A DNA stretch of 64,000 bases, taken from assembly GCF_001194135.2 (NCBI RefSeq), contig NC_068991.1, positions 56,323,086 to 56,387,085 of the forward strand, written 5' to 3'. Below are positions 41,508 through 54,457 of this stretch, one piece after another (the stretch's first letter is position 1; the number at the start of each line of letters is the position of its first letter). The notes beneath the pieces were generated by a model. That model saw nothing but the letters and a program-made list of their open reading frames with translations. It searched no databases and had not been told where the DNA came from. Source of the DNA: Octopus bimaculoides (Eukaryota). The translations under genes and the position numbers were made by a program.

Positions 41508-42817
41508 TGAGAGAGAGAGAGAGAGAGGTAGTGGGGAGGAAAGATAGATACTATATAGATATTTAGATAGATGATTATTCTAGATGTGACTGTTTCCTTG
41601 CTATATTGACGCTGAACTGAATCTATTTGAAATCACGACTGTTTGGTCGCTTCACATATAAACTTTCCCTCATCGGCTCACCTTTTAGGCAGAGACTCCT
41701 TGGATGGTTCATATTTTGATACTAACAATTCCTACATAATCTTTAGCTCATTAATACTAATTCACATTTTATCTTATGCTTATCTATGGTACAAAGATAC
41801 ATAATATAACATTAATGTAAAGACACTTCATTTATAAGAAATATTATGCAGAGTCACAAATACTTCAGATTTATGTTCGCTGTGAAGACTTTTTAATAAC
41901 TAATTAAATTCTATGTTATCTCTTTAGTTACTTTACATTTTTAATTTGTAGGCTAGAGGCCAAAAGGTACTTGTTTATTTTAGGTCAGTTATGTATAGCC
42001 ATAATTTATGTATTTTAAGGTCTTTGATAACGAGGAGGTCAGTCACTGTAATTAGTGAGTTGTTTATTACAAGGTTTCAATGATATTCCGTATCATAAAT
42101 TTTAAAAGAATGGACTGAGAGAACATGTGGAAAATAGAATCCTCTTGTAGTATATATATTATTATATATCGTCAACGTGTTTTGTTTTTAAATCCGTCTG
42201 ACTAGGTCACAAGTTTTCACTCTCTCATTTCATTAACCTTGTCTCTCAACCCGTCCTCTATATGTAATCTCTGTAAACAATATGTTTTTGCTCAACATAG
42301 CCTAAATTGAAAAAAAACCCCCCAAAACTGAAGTAAATCTTAATGTATGACAAAACGAAACTATAGGCTAAATAAAAAAATAACAATGTAAACACATTCC
42401 TTCTATACTACTGAAATGTGGGAGGATCAAAGGAGTTTCTGGAGAGGTCATTTCATGATTTGTTGACTGCTCCTTAGAGAAGACGCACCCATCTTGCGTC
42501 TCCAATCAAAATTCGAACATGAATTTCTTGAACAGCGGAGAATCCTTCCGCTTAAGCTCTTTGGATAGTTCTTGTGTTTGAGAAACGTCATGGTAGATTC
42601 ACGCCTAGGTTCCGCTTATTAATCGCTGATTGAATAAATCTTAGTTTTCATGCTTAAGCGCAAGATTTTCTCAGAACATAGGAGCCATTTCCGGAGTCTG
42701 TATTTCGGCACTTAATGTGGAGACAACATTGAATTGTAAAACTATTCTTGAATGATTCACTCAACTGTAGTAAAATTCACTGCCAGAGTGGACCCTATTT
42801 CAACAATTTCCAATATG

Positions 42818-42898
<81 letters not shown>

Positions 42899-43191
42899 GT
42901 TTGTTTATCTAGATAGCTAGCTACGTAGCATGCTATCTGTGTGTATACACACATATGTATACATTCTATGCTTCTTAGACACAATCGCACGCACGTGTAT
43001 ATGCATATATACAAAGATATGGATATACACGCATACACGCATATATACGTACATATATACATTTGAAAGAAAGTGTGTGTGTGTGTATGTGTTGCGTGAA
43101 TATATAGATTTCAGATTCAACACATCTCACCTTAACAGTCGACTTAAGTCTATTGCTTGCTGGGAGATCGTGTTACCGATTACAAACTTCT

Positions 43192-43229
<38 letters not shown>

Positions 43230-43232
<3 letters not shown>

Positions 43233-43390
43233 TGTACCTCCGCTTATTCGTGGTTCGGCATTTGTAATTCGCCATTCGCAGTCCCGGTTATTCGCGGAAC
43301 TAATAATTGTTCGCGGAAACCACCGCATAATCGCGGAATCGTAAATATTGTTCGCGATTTTTTATGGCTATTTTCGTGGCAATATATTCT
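43230..43390 (+). mobile_element. Tigger/pogo-like terminal fragment
   Basis: CAGTGTACCTCCGCTTATTCG end with repeated TTCGCGG subterminal motifs, next to (TA)n. Confidence 0.5.
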
Positions 43391-43457
43391 TTTTCACACT
43401 TTTTAAAGCTAAATTATTAATAACATACGGTATATACATTAATATATATATACATTT

Positions 43458-43501
<44 letters not shown>

Positions 43502-43584
43502 GTGACTATATTAAGAAGGCAATGAGTACTAAAAGAGACACGTTTTAACAAATATATTAGATTAACATTTAGAAAGGGAAAGTA

Positions 43585-43620
43585 TCTTGACGTTTCGAAC
43601 GCAATTCCTTCATCAGAAGA
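43585..43620 (-). ncRNA. minimal type-I hammerhead ribozyme (Penelope-type)
   Basis: Minus strand reads TCTT-CTGATGA-A-GGA[ATTGCG]TTC-GAAACGTC-AAGA. The core is intact, helix III is reduced to the palindrome ACGT, the triplet is GUC, helix I has 4 bp, and helix II has 3 bp after one inserted A. Confidence 0.65.
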
Positions 43621-45254
43621 AAGATGAAAAAATAAAAGATGCGGATGATTGAGAAAGAATGGCTGAAGGAAAAAGAAATAAAGGACCCATGAATCCAACG
43701 CTTGCTTAGTGATCGTGTTATGGTTTACACCACAATTTAACAATCTAATCCCCTTGTATGTATGAAGGTGAACAGGGCTACATATCACTAAATGTTTGGT
43801 GCAATCAGTCTAGTGACAGACTATAATATCTGTCCGATGATGATCGGATACAAAATGTGTGTGTGTTTGTGTGTATGTGTGTGCGTGTATTTGTATATGT
43901 ATTTGTGTATGTATGCATATTCTCTATGCACAAGATAAGCATTGTTGCAAACACGAAGAACATAAACATTCCCGTCACAAACAACACCACCAACGCTGCC
44001 GCCGCCACCGCCGCCNNNNNNNNNNNNNNNNNNNNNNNNNNNNNNNNNNNNNNNNNNNNNNNNNNNNNNNNNNNNNNNNNNNNNNNNNNNNNNNNNNNNN
44101 NNNNNNNNNNNNNNNNNNNNNNNNNNNNNNNNNNNNNNNNNNNNNNNNNNNNNNNNNNNNNNNNNNNNNNNNNNNNNNNNNNNNNNNNNNNNNNNNNNNN
44201 NNNNNNNNNNNNNNNNNNNNNNNNNNNNNNNNNNNNNNNNNNNNNNNNNNNNNNNNNNNNNNNNNNNNNNNNNNNNNNNNNNNNNNNNNNNNNNNNNNNN
44301 NNNNNNNNNNNNNNNNNNNNNNNNNNNNNNNNNNNNNNNNNNNNNNNNNNNNNNNNNNNNNNNNNNNNNNNNNNNNNNNNNNNNNNNNNNNNNNNNNNNN
44401 NNNNNNNNNNNNNNNNNNNNNNNNNNNNNNNNNNNNNNNNNNNNNNNNNNNNNNNNNNNNNNNNNNNNNNNNNNNNNNNNNNNNNNNNNNNNNNNNNNNN
44501 NNNNNNNNNNNNNNNNNNNNNNNNNNNNNNNNNNNNNNNNNNNNNNNNNNNNNNNNNNNNNNNNNNNNNNNNNNNNNNNNNNNNNNNNNNNNNNNNNNNN
44601 NNNNNNNNNNNNNNNNNNNNNNNNNNNNNNNNNNNNNNNNNNNNNNNNNNNNNNNNNNNNNNNNNNNNNNNNNNNNNNNNNNNNNNNNNNNNNNNNNNNN
44701 NNNNNNNNNNNNNNNNNNNNNNNNNNNNNNNNNNNNNNNNNNNNNNNNNNNNNNNNNNNNNNNNNNNNNNNNNNNNNNNATATATATATGCATACATGCA
44801 TGTGTGTTGGTGTGTGCATAGGTGTTCGGTTTGTAAGCCAAAATAGGTGAGGTATATTTGTTTGTCGAGTGAACGGGAGTGGGTAGGATGGCGGTGAGGA
44901 GTTAGCGAAGAGCAAAGTGTATTAAAAATAAACAAGTGGACAAAACCTAAGTAGCCACATGATAGAAAGTGTGTCGTCTGCTTATTGAATGGTTATCATT
45001 AGTTGTTACCATCTCGTTAAATGCTTTATGAAAACTAAACAAATATAATCTAAAATTGAATATTTGTTCCTGTACCAATTTTATTCTATAACTCACTGAC
45101 ATATGTTTGTTCAAAACGAAGATTTCTGGATGTCATTGTGAGCGTATGGAGGTGAAGAGGATCGATGGCGGAATCAATGGCGACGTTTTAGCGATGATGA
45201 TTACTGCGGTAGAAGTGATAGTGGGTTATGAGAAATGTGGTGGTAATGATAGTA

Positions 45255-45462
45255 TAAAATACTGGAGTAACAGGCTTGCTTTGCAGCAAGGAGGTTTCCA
45301 TTTCAGTCCCACTGCATGACACCTTGGACAAATGTCTTCTACTACAGTTCCGAGTCGAACAATACCTTGTGGGTAAATTTCGTCGATGGAAACTGCGTGG
45401 AAACTTGTCGTGTATATATGTATGTTTGTATCTATGTGTCTGTGTGCCTGTGTGTGAGTCTG

Positions 45463-45496
<34 letters not shown>

Positions 45497-45700
45497 CTAT
45501 GTGCTGTTTTAGCTTATGCGTTTGTGTTGAGTTTCTTCCTAACTCCCCCACCCGGACAACCGGTGTTGGTTTGTTTTCGTCCTCGTAACTAGCGGTTTTG
45601 CAAAAGAGAGCAGAGTCGATTTACTCGACTAAACCCTTCGAGGTGGAGGCCCAGCATGGCTACATTCCAAGTACTGAAACAAGTAAGAGATAAAAGGTAT
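45255..45700 (+). mobile_element. SINE family A (diverged)
   Basis: cagtcccactgcatgacaccttggacaaatgtcttct head region, microsatellite, and ccagcatggctacattccaagtactgaaacaagtaa tail. Confidence 0.75.
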
Positions 45701-46555
45701 TATCAGCTATGTCGACTGGTAGACTTCACGAACCGCTCAGTTTGATACTACCGTCTGGTCCCCTGGACCCTCAGGGTATTTTGATGGAGTCACTCTGTTG
45801 TAAGTTTCCAAACTGTCTTCTACACTGTTTCTGTCTACACAAGTCACTCACAAGGCATTGGTTACCCCAAGGCTATAGTAAAAGACTTTTACCAAAGGTG
45901 TTGCGCAATAGGACTGAACTTAAAACGCCGTAGCTTCAAAGTCAGATACATAACTACACAGTTGTGCCATTGATATTTACATACTTACGTTGTATATGGC
46001 TATATAATGAAAATATTCCTTATATACGTATTTTTTAAAAAAATTACGAGACCACTTAGTTAAATTAGCTCATTTGAAAACCGTATAGAATGAACTAAAA
46101 ACCTCTGCTTCAGTTTCTGGCTTCGTTATGTTGATCTTCTCTTAATCGAAATCTCTATAATTCGATTTACTTAATTAGAAAAGGGAGGTTTTGGGCCACA
46201 TCTATACATATCGTTGTATAACTAATACTATTATTATTACTAGTCATCCAACTTCAATTGGTGACACCATAAGGTTCAGAATCCCATAGTGTTTTCATAT
46301 AGCTAAAGTGAGTTGATGAATCGCCAGTTCTACCAACTGACAGTAATCCGTTAGCTGGATTGGTCGACCATAGACTGACCTCTGGCGGAAGAGGCTCTTC
46401 CGCCCAGACTGTCTCGTGTAGTTTCACCGATTGAAGATCATACGTCGAATGAAGATCAATACACTTAACTTCACATCCGCCATGCTGCTGCCCATGATTT
46501 CGCGGTGACCCTGGCTCGGAAATTTTTTGTCATTCTGGTTAAATCTCTACATCCA

Positions 46556-46722
46556 CAGGAGTGGCTGTATGGTAAATAGCTTGCTTACCAACCACATGGT
46601 CCCGGGTTCAGTCCCACTGCGTGGCACCTTGGGCAAGTGTCTTCTACTATAGCCTCGGGCCGACCAAAGCCTTGTGAGTGGATTTGGTAGACGGAAACTG
46701 GAAGAATCCCGTCGTATATATG

Positions 46723-46797
<75 letters not shown>

Positions 46798-46852
46798 GTG
46801 TCTGTTTGTTCCCCCACCATCGCTTGACAACCAATGCTGGTGTGTTTGTGTC
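46556..46852 (+). mobile_element. young SINE family A, 3'-truncated
   Basis: caggagtggctgtatggtaaatagcttgcttaccaaccacatggtcccgggttcagtcccactgcgtggcacc is a tRNA-like A/B-box head close to consensus. Confidence 0.9.
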
Positions 46853-47174
46853 CACGTTATTGGATGGACGTTGACTCTTACGAGTTCCTCCACCCTTTGA
46901 TAAGCTTTGTTTTTCATCCCGCAGGACGTCCAAGTAGCCCTTCTCACCAAGCAAGCCTGGTGGGATTGCTGGTTTAGTCGCCGACGACCCGACTAATCGA
47001 CAGGTTGTACTGGATTACATGCTACCGTTAACGCTCGAGAGTTACCTGACTGTGCAAATCTATCATCATAACAAGATTTTATGAGCTGAATACTTTTTCT
47101 CTATGTTTATATACATACAACTTGGAACAGGATAACCTACAGACGAAGTTGACGATACTGAAACAGACGGGTCA

Positions 47175-47557
47175 AAAGAATACTTGTGGAATTTAAAAGT
47201 TTAAATAGTCACAAAGTTAAAACGCAACTGGCCAGATACTGTTGTATGGGACCACAAGGAAAAGTTATGTTCTGTTGTGGAAATCAGCTGCCCTCTGGAC
47301 AACGATGTGGTTTGAAAAATACAAGAGAAAGAGGACATCTATGGATAAAGAGTTTGAAAGTCAAGTACCCAAGATACACTTTCAGCTTTATACTTATCAT
47401 TGGCGCAATAGGATTCGTACCAATCCGTCTGGAGCAAAGTATAGCTGAACCTGGGATCTTGAGGAGAGAGCACAAATCCTTAATTCATACTCAACAAATG
47501 ATTACGATATCTGGGACTGTTAAAATTTGCAAGGCCTTATTAAGATTTAAAGGATGA
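47175..47557 (+). mobile_element. decayed restriction-like endonuclease C-terminus of an R4/Dong-like non-LTR retrotransposon
   Basis: Translation gives EYLWNLKV*IVTKLKRNWPDTVVWDHKEKLCSVVEISCPLDNDVV*KIQEKEDIYG, then after a frameshift LKVKYPRYTFSFILIIGAIGFVP...ISGTVKICKALLRF. This fits the NRPD...IDIACPxD..K.xEKxxKY pattern of RLE domains. Confidence 0.8.
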
Positions 47558-47638
47558 CAAGCAAAACAACAAGCTTTCCTTCCTAAACTGGCTAGCAATG
47601 TAGGTGGCCTGTCAAAATTTATTCTAAATTAAAAAGAG

Positions 47639-47675
<37 letters not shown>

Positions 47676-47685
47676 NNNNNNNNNN

Positions 47686-47729
<44 letters not shown>

Positions 47730-48381
47730 TCCGTAGCTTTGCATGATTAAGCTAAGAATTAAAAATTAGAATATAGGTGAAGTGGATAGAGTAAAGATGA
47801 GTGTAGCGGATTAGAGGATGGTATGGAGGTAGGAAAAACTTGTATGCAGGTGAACAGAATGAAATATTCTCGTTCACATGGATAATCTTAGGAATTTTGC
47901 ATACCCCTTATTTATTTATTTTATTGGCGAAAATAATATTCAAGTGTTGAAATACTAACTTTTAGCTTTCGTATCACCTCAAGTAAAAATCTCAAGAGAG
48001 AGAGAGAGAGAGAGAGAGGAGGCAGAGGGAGAGAGAGAAGGAAAAATAAAAGAGGAAAACGCTAAAAATATATAGGTAACTAAAATCTCTGACAGGTGTT
48101 TTGTTGTTGTTTTCTTTTTAGTAACTTTTCGCAGGTACAAAACTTTGTTTGGTCGTCACGCTTGGTTAACTATTGAAGATTTCTGGAGTTTGGGAGAAAC
48201 TCGTAAAAAGTATCGTAGCATAACCCCAAATCTCTTTTGTCTTCTCTTTTGTGTTGTACTTTGACACCATCATCATTGTCATCATAATCATCATTGCCGT
48301 CGTCGTCATCATTATAACGAGAGAGGGGAAGAGAGAGAAAGAATAAGAGTGGGGGAGAGAAAGAGAGAGAAAAACAGAGAT

Positions 48382-48436
<55 letters not shown>

Positions 48437-48997
48437 NNNNNNNNNNNNNNNNNNNNNNNNNNNNNNNNNNNNNNNNNNNNNNNNNNNNNNNNNNNNNNNN
48501 NNNNNNNNNNNNNNNNNNNNNNNNNNNNNNNNNNNNNNNNNNNNNNNNNNNNNNNNNNNNNNNNNNNNNNNNNNNNNNNNNNNNNNNNNNNNNNNNNNNN
48601 NNNNNNNNNNNNNNNNNNNNNNNNNNNNNNNNNNNNNNNNNNNNNNNNNNNNNNNNNNNNNNNNNNNNNNNNNNNNNNNNNNNNNNNNNNNNNNNNNNNN
48701 NNNNNNNNNNNNNNNNNNNNNNNNNNNNNNNNNNNNNNNNNNNNNNNNNNNNNNNNNNNNNNNNNNNNNNNNNNNNNNNNNNNNNNNNNNNNNNNNNNNN
48801 NNNNNNNNNNNNNNNNNNNNNNNNNNNNNNNNNNNNNNNNNNNNNNNNNNNNNNNNNNNNNNNNNNNNNNNNNNNNNNNNNNNNNNNNNNNNNNNNNNNN
48901 NNNNNNNNNNNNNNNNNNNNNNNNNNNNNNNNNNNNNNNNNNNNNNNNNNNNNNNNNNNNNNNNNNNNNNNNNNNNNNNNNNNNNNNNNNNNNNNNN

Positions 48998-49058
<61 letters not shown>

Positions 49059-49630
49059 AGACAGAGAGAGGAGGGAGCTGACAATGAAACGTAGAAGGGA
49101 CGAAGTATCGTGTTCTAGAGGATAAAGTCTTCAGAATTAACAAAGCAACGTTTATCGTTTTCGTCCACTAGTTTAGTATCGTAATAATGTCGAGAATTCT
49201 CCGCTAACAACAAACTACTTCACAACTAATTCTCCGCTATTTATACCCGCCAGCCAAAGTATCCTCTCCCTCCATCCTCTCTCTCTGTCTTTCGTTTCTA
49301 CTTTAACCCCAATATCATCTCCATTTACAACCGATGACCCACTCTATTTCTTCATCCAGGATCCTTTGTTGAATACTTTACAATGTCTATTGTCCTTTTG
49401 AGAATGGGTAGCGTACATAACTGAGTCGGTAGGTTAGACATCACACAACTAACAGGTAGGCCAGTGGTTCGTATTCTCTCACACTTCACTCTCCAACGGC
49501 CTCTGTCTATCAAACTCTTTAGACTATTTCTGTAGATCAACAATTTCTGCAACATGGTGTGTATAAACAATGGAATCTTCTTACGACTCTGTATTATACT
49601 AGTATAGCATTTATTTACACGTTCATATTA

Positions 49631-49911
49631 TTACTCTTTTACTCTTTTACTTGTTTCAGTCATTTGACTGCGGCCATGCTGGAGTACCGCCTTTAGTCGA
49701 GCAAATCGACCCCAGGACTTATTCTATTGGGCTCTTTTGCCGAACCGCTAAGTTACGGGGACGTAAATACACCAGCATCGGTTGTCAGTTTCCGTCTACA
49801 AATCCACTCACAAGGCTTTGGTCGGCACGAGGCTATAGTAGAAGACACTTGCCCAAGGTGCCACGCAGTGGGACTGAACCCGGAACCATGTGGTTGGTAA
49901 GCAAGCTACTT
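49631..49911 (-). mobile_element. young SINE family A with its microsatellite-bearing middle deleted
   Basis: Near-consensus tail and head joined at ggttgtc|agtttccg. Confidence 0.9.
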
Positions 49912-50169
49912 TATTTCATAAATATTTGCCATAAAGGCATTACAAAGAGGGGACGAACAAGGACAGATAAACATAAAAGGGGTGAAATAGCTGTAACGAT
50001 TAAATATTTGAAATTTTAAATATACAATAAAAATTGGATTGTATTTACAATGTTCGATTGAACCATTGACTTACCACACTGCCACTCCTGTGCCTATGTA
50101 AATTATTGTAAATTTTGGAAAGTTTATTCCATCACAATATATAGTACAGATTTCTTTATTATGGAGTTT

Positions 50170-50460
50170 TATTTCTTTATCTTTTACTTGTTTCAGTCAT
50201 TAGACTGCGGCCATGCTGGGGCACCACCTTCAAGAATTTTAGTCGAACGAATCAGTCCCGGTACTTGAGTTCTTTTTAAAGTCTGGTACTTATTCTATCG
50301 GTCTCGTTTGCCGAACCGTTAAGTTACGGGGACGTAACCACACCAACACCAGTTGTGAAGGGGCGATGGAGGACAAACGCAGACACAAAGACACACACAT
50401 GTTGATACACACACACACATACAATCACATACATGTATACACAGGCACCTCCATATATAT

Positions 50461-50516
<56 letters not shown>

Positions 50517-50905
50517 GCACATACGTGTGTGTGTGTTTAAACACGCACGCACACACATATTTCTTTTATCTTTTACTTGCTCCAGTCATTAGAATAAGGC
50601 CATGCTGGGGCACCGCCTTGAACAATTTTTTAGTCGATTGAATCGATCCGAGTACTTATTTTTTTAAATACTTATTCTATCGAATTTTTTCGTCAAACCG
50701 CTAAGTCACAGTGACGTAAACACACCAACAACACTGGTTGTCACGACGAACTTCTTTCAGTTTCTGTCTGTCAAATCCGCTCACAAGGCTTTGGTTGGCC
50801 CGAGGCTATAGCAAAAGACACTTGCCCAGAGTGCCACACACCGGGGCTGACCCAGGAACCATATGGCTGGAAAACAAACTTCTTACTACACAGCCACTCC
50901 TGTGC
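50170..50905 (-). mobile_element. two adjacent SINE family A copies
   Basis: Tail motifs at about 50170-50540 and 50580-50905; the second copy retains the head. Confidence 0.8.
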
Positions 50906-50938
50906 TTAAAAAAAGATGAATCAGTGATAAATAAATCA

Positions 50939-51145
50939 TCACCACGTACTTTGTAAATTAGAACGAATGGTAGATTTATTGACACCAAACTCGCGGCCCA
51001 TAGCAGCGGACCATCTACTGTTATATATTTTCTCGATCATCTTTACATTTTCCTGCAGAGAATATACTCGTTTGCCTCGTTTGTTTGGACCAGCTGCCTT
51101 CGTTTTCTCCTGTTCATTGCTCCTTCGTTGCTGGGTATCAGTACG
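50939..51145 (-). mobile_element. Tigger/pogo transposase N-terminal HTH (CENP-B-type) remnant
   Basis: An ATG-less open frame absent from the ORF track reads ...KRGKRVYSLQENVKMIEKIYNSRWSAAMGREFGVNKSTIRSNLQ. This fits the KRKxxSLxEKVxII...A.GRxFGVNESTIR pattern. Confidence 0.75.
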
Positions 51146-51432
51146 TAAATTCGTATTAAAAAATCGCTGTCTCGCAGCACGGTCACTTAAATATACAAAA
51201 GATAGTCAGATCAATCCGTGATAAATGTAACATACTTCACAATTGAGCGTACCATGTTATCCCGGACCAGTGATAAACGCAGCGACATGTATATTGCTTT
51301 ACGATGCTTTGAGTTTTCAACTCCTGTTAGCGTCATAACTGTGCCGTCGTGACAGTCAGCTTGCTTTGGACAAGTGGAAAAATGGTGGAAATCTGATCAT
51401 AGCTTAATTCCCTAGAGTTAAAGAGAAAGAGT

Positions 51433-51820
51433 GGAGGCGCAATGACCCAGTGGTTAGGGCAGCAAACTCGCGGTCATAGGATCGCGGTTTCGATTCCCAG
51501 ACCGGGCGTTGTGAGTGTTTATTGAGCGAAAACACCTAAAGCTCCACGAGGCTCCGGCAGGGGATGGTGGCGAACCCTGCTGTACTCTTCCACCACAACT
51601 TTCTCTCACTCTTACTTCCTGTTTCTGTTGTTCCTGTAATTCAAAGGGTCAGCCTTGTCACACTGTGTCACGCTGAATATCCCCGAGAACTACGTTAAGG
51701 GTACACGTGTTTGTGGAGTGCTCAGCCACTTGCACGTTAATTTCACGAGCAGGCTGTTCCGTTGATCGGATCAACTGGAACCCTCGACGTCGTAAGCGAC
51801 GGAGTGCCAACAACAACAAC
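51433..51820 (+). mobile_element. young full-length tRNA-derived SINE, family C, with TSD
   Basis: ggaggcgcaatgacccagtggttagg A box, ggtttcgattccc B box, (CAA)n tail, and flanking direct repeat AGAGAAAGAG at 51422-51431 and 51823-51832. Confidence 0.9.
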
Positions 51821-52302
51821 ACAGAGAAAGAGAAGGCAAGGATCACATTTGGGCTTGTACATTATTCATCAACTCACAAAAGTTAAGAGGTAAACTTAGC
51901 CTCAACGGAATTCATCTCATGGTGTAGAGATCCGGAATGAATAGCGTGAGTCGTTGTATCCTAATTCTGCTAATTCACTGCATTGATTACTCTGTACATT
52001 ATGTATTGATTTCAATAAATAGGCAGATTTTATTTTCGAGTGTTTCTTCGTTTTAGTTTAACGTTCTACATCATTATATCTTTTATCTTTGTTCTTCTTT
52101 TACTTGTTTCAGTCATTGGACAGCGGTCATGGTGGGGCACCGCCTTGATAGGTTTAGTCGAACAAACCGATACCAATATTAGTACTTATTGTATCGGCCA
52201 GTTTTGTCGAGCAGCTAAGTTACAGCGACGCAAACAAAAGCAAAACCAGTTTTCAAGTGGTAGAGGTGGGGGACAAACACGCGCAGACAGACAGACAGAC
52301 AG

Positions 52303-52336
<34 letters not shown>

Positions 52337-52747
52337 AGATACACACGTATATATACATAAGTATGTATGTATATATATGTACGTATGTATGTATATATGT
52401 ATGTGTATATATATGTATGTGTGTGTCTGTATATATATAGAGAGAGAGAGAGAGGGGAGAGGGAGAGAGAGAGAAGGGNNNNNNNNNNNNNNNNNNNNNN
52501 NNNNNNNNNNNNNNNNNNNNNNNNNNNNNNNNNNNNNNNNNNNNNNNNNNNNNNNNNNNNNNNNNNNNNNNNNNNNNNNNNNNNNNNNNNNNNNNNNNNN
52601 NNNNNNNNNNNNNNNNNNNNNNNNNNNNNNNNNNNNNNNNNNNNNNNNNNNNNNNNNNNNNNNNNNNNNNNNNNNNNNNNNNNNNNNNNNNNNNNNNNNN
52701 NNNNNNNNNNNNNNNGTGTGTGTGTGTGTGTGCGTGTGCGTGCGTGC

Positions 52748-52787
<40 letters not shown>

Positions 52788-54318
52788 ACCCCACCGCTGC
52801 TTAACAATCCCTGTTGGTTTGCTTAAGTCCTCGGAGCTTAGCAGTTCGACGTAAAATCACGTAGAAAAAGTGCAAAACTTACAAAAATTAACTTCTTGGG
52901 TCTAAACTCTTTAATACAATGCCCCAACATGGTCGCAGCTCAGTGACCATCACAAGTTAAAAAGAGGAAAAAGAAAATATATAAGAGCAGCTGTTGGCTA
53001 ACCTCTAACTATAGATTTGTAACTCCATCAGCCTTAATACACATCAATTGCTATTCCTTGAGAAAATATGGTATAGCTTCTTCAGAAATGCAGCTGTACA
53101 TAAGAGCACAAACGGTAAATAAAGTCTAGAGACTGCACAAGTAAATTCAAAAGATTAGTCAGGAATTGTTACTGTAAGTATATATGTATGCATTCATTGA
53201 ATGCTGTAAAGTACAAACTTATTGAATGAATAATCTTATAAATTTCAGCAGAATTCATAAATGTTTATTAAAGTTGAAGGAAAGATTTAATTTTTATTCC
53301 TCGGATGCTCAGCCCAGAAGAAAAGAAGTAAGTCCCAGGTAAGCCGCATCCCTAATATAGTTTCCAGACATACGTGCCTTTCTCACAATTGTGCAGCTGT
53401 TTCTGTCTTAGAAACCTATGGGCAGCAGACTAAAACTTCGAAGTTATTGTCACACCCCTTCATATAAAAATTTAATACACAGGTTCTCTACTAAAATGTA
53501 TTGAGTAATTCTTCAGTTTAATGTCAAATTGTGTTTATGCATAAAGGGTAAAGACCCCCTTCGGTCATGAATCACCGTGAGATTGCACAGAGAAAGTTCC
53601 CTCCCGAGGCACAAGTCCGGGCAAGGTTGTGTATAGAAGACCAGCAGTCGCCCATGCATACCAGCCTCCCTTCTCCACGCTACTGATGGAAAGGCAAACG
53701 CCAAAACAGCTTGGCACCAGTGACGTCGCAACTCATTTCAGAGGGAACTGGAGTAACGTGAAATGAAGTGTCTAGCTCAAGACAAAAGCAAGTACACATA
53801 CACGCATGCACGCACGTACGTATATGCATTTGCATATAAATATAGACGTATACTGACATGCATACACACACATGCACACTTCCATATGAATATAAGAATA
53901 TGCTTACAGTGTATAAGCTCCTATCCTTTTCTTTATAAAATCTTATGTGAACATACGCACATGTACCGAGAGACTGAGAAATATACACAAAAGAACGAAC
54001 ATTGTTACTGGTCATATAGCTTAATCATTTACGATCACACGAGAACAACATTAACCTCCAATACCATCATTTTATGCAAGAAAAAGCTCTTCAGTGTCAT
54101 TGTAAATCTTCAGGAGGTTTAGAGACATCAAAACATGCACAAAAGCACAACAACATAACAGATTCAGAACTGAGACACGTTAGCAATATTTGTGGAAAGT
54201 TCTTAACAGAGTCTCCGGACTCAAAAGCCATATATGTTCTCACTTGAGCTCGAAGTGGTCAAGCTTTGTTTCAGAGCTGACTGCCTATGTAGTCGTTGGT
54301 TATGGTCAGTTAGAAAAT

Positions 54319-54371
54319 TACCATTGGTTTCGCGTCTATTGTTGCTCTTAGCAATATAGATGACTCATCAG
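54319..54371 (-). ncRNA. hammerhead core without helix I (decayed)
   Basis: CTGATGA, a long helix II (TCTA/TAGA plus TTGCT/AGCAA), then GAAA-CC[AAT]GG-TA. The flanks do not pair. Confidence 0.35.
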
Positions 54372-54406
54372 AAAAAAACCCCCACCCCATCCACCAAACT
54401 ACCCAA

Positions 54407-54454
<48 letters not shown>

Positions 54455-54457
<3 letters not shown>

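Noticed and set aside
46556-46630. tRNA-like sequences with A and B boxes (also 51433 and 31160)
   Set aside because: These are SINE heads that run into SINE bodies and do not complete a cloverleaf, so they are not tRNA genes.
46940-47010. Possible HDV-like ribozyme at a LINE 5' end
   Set aside because: Local stems exist, but I could not assemble P1, P2, P3 and J4/2 consistently.
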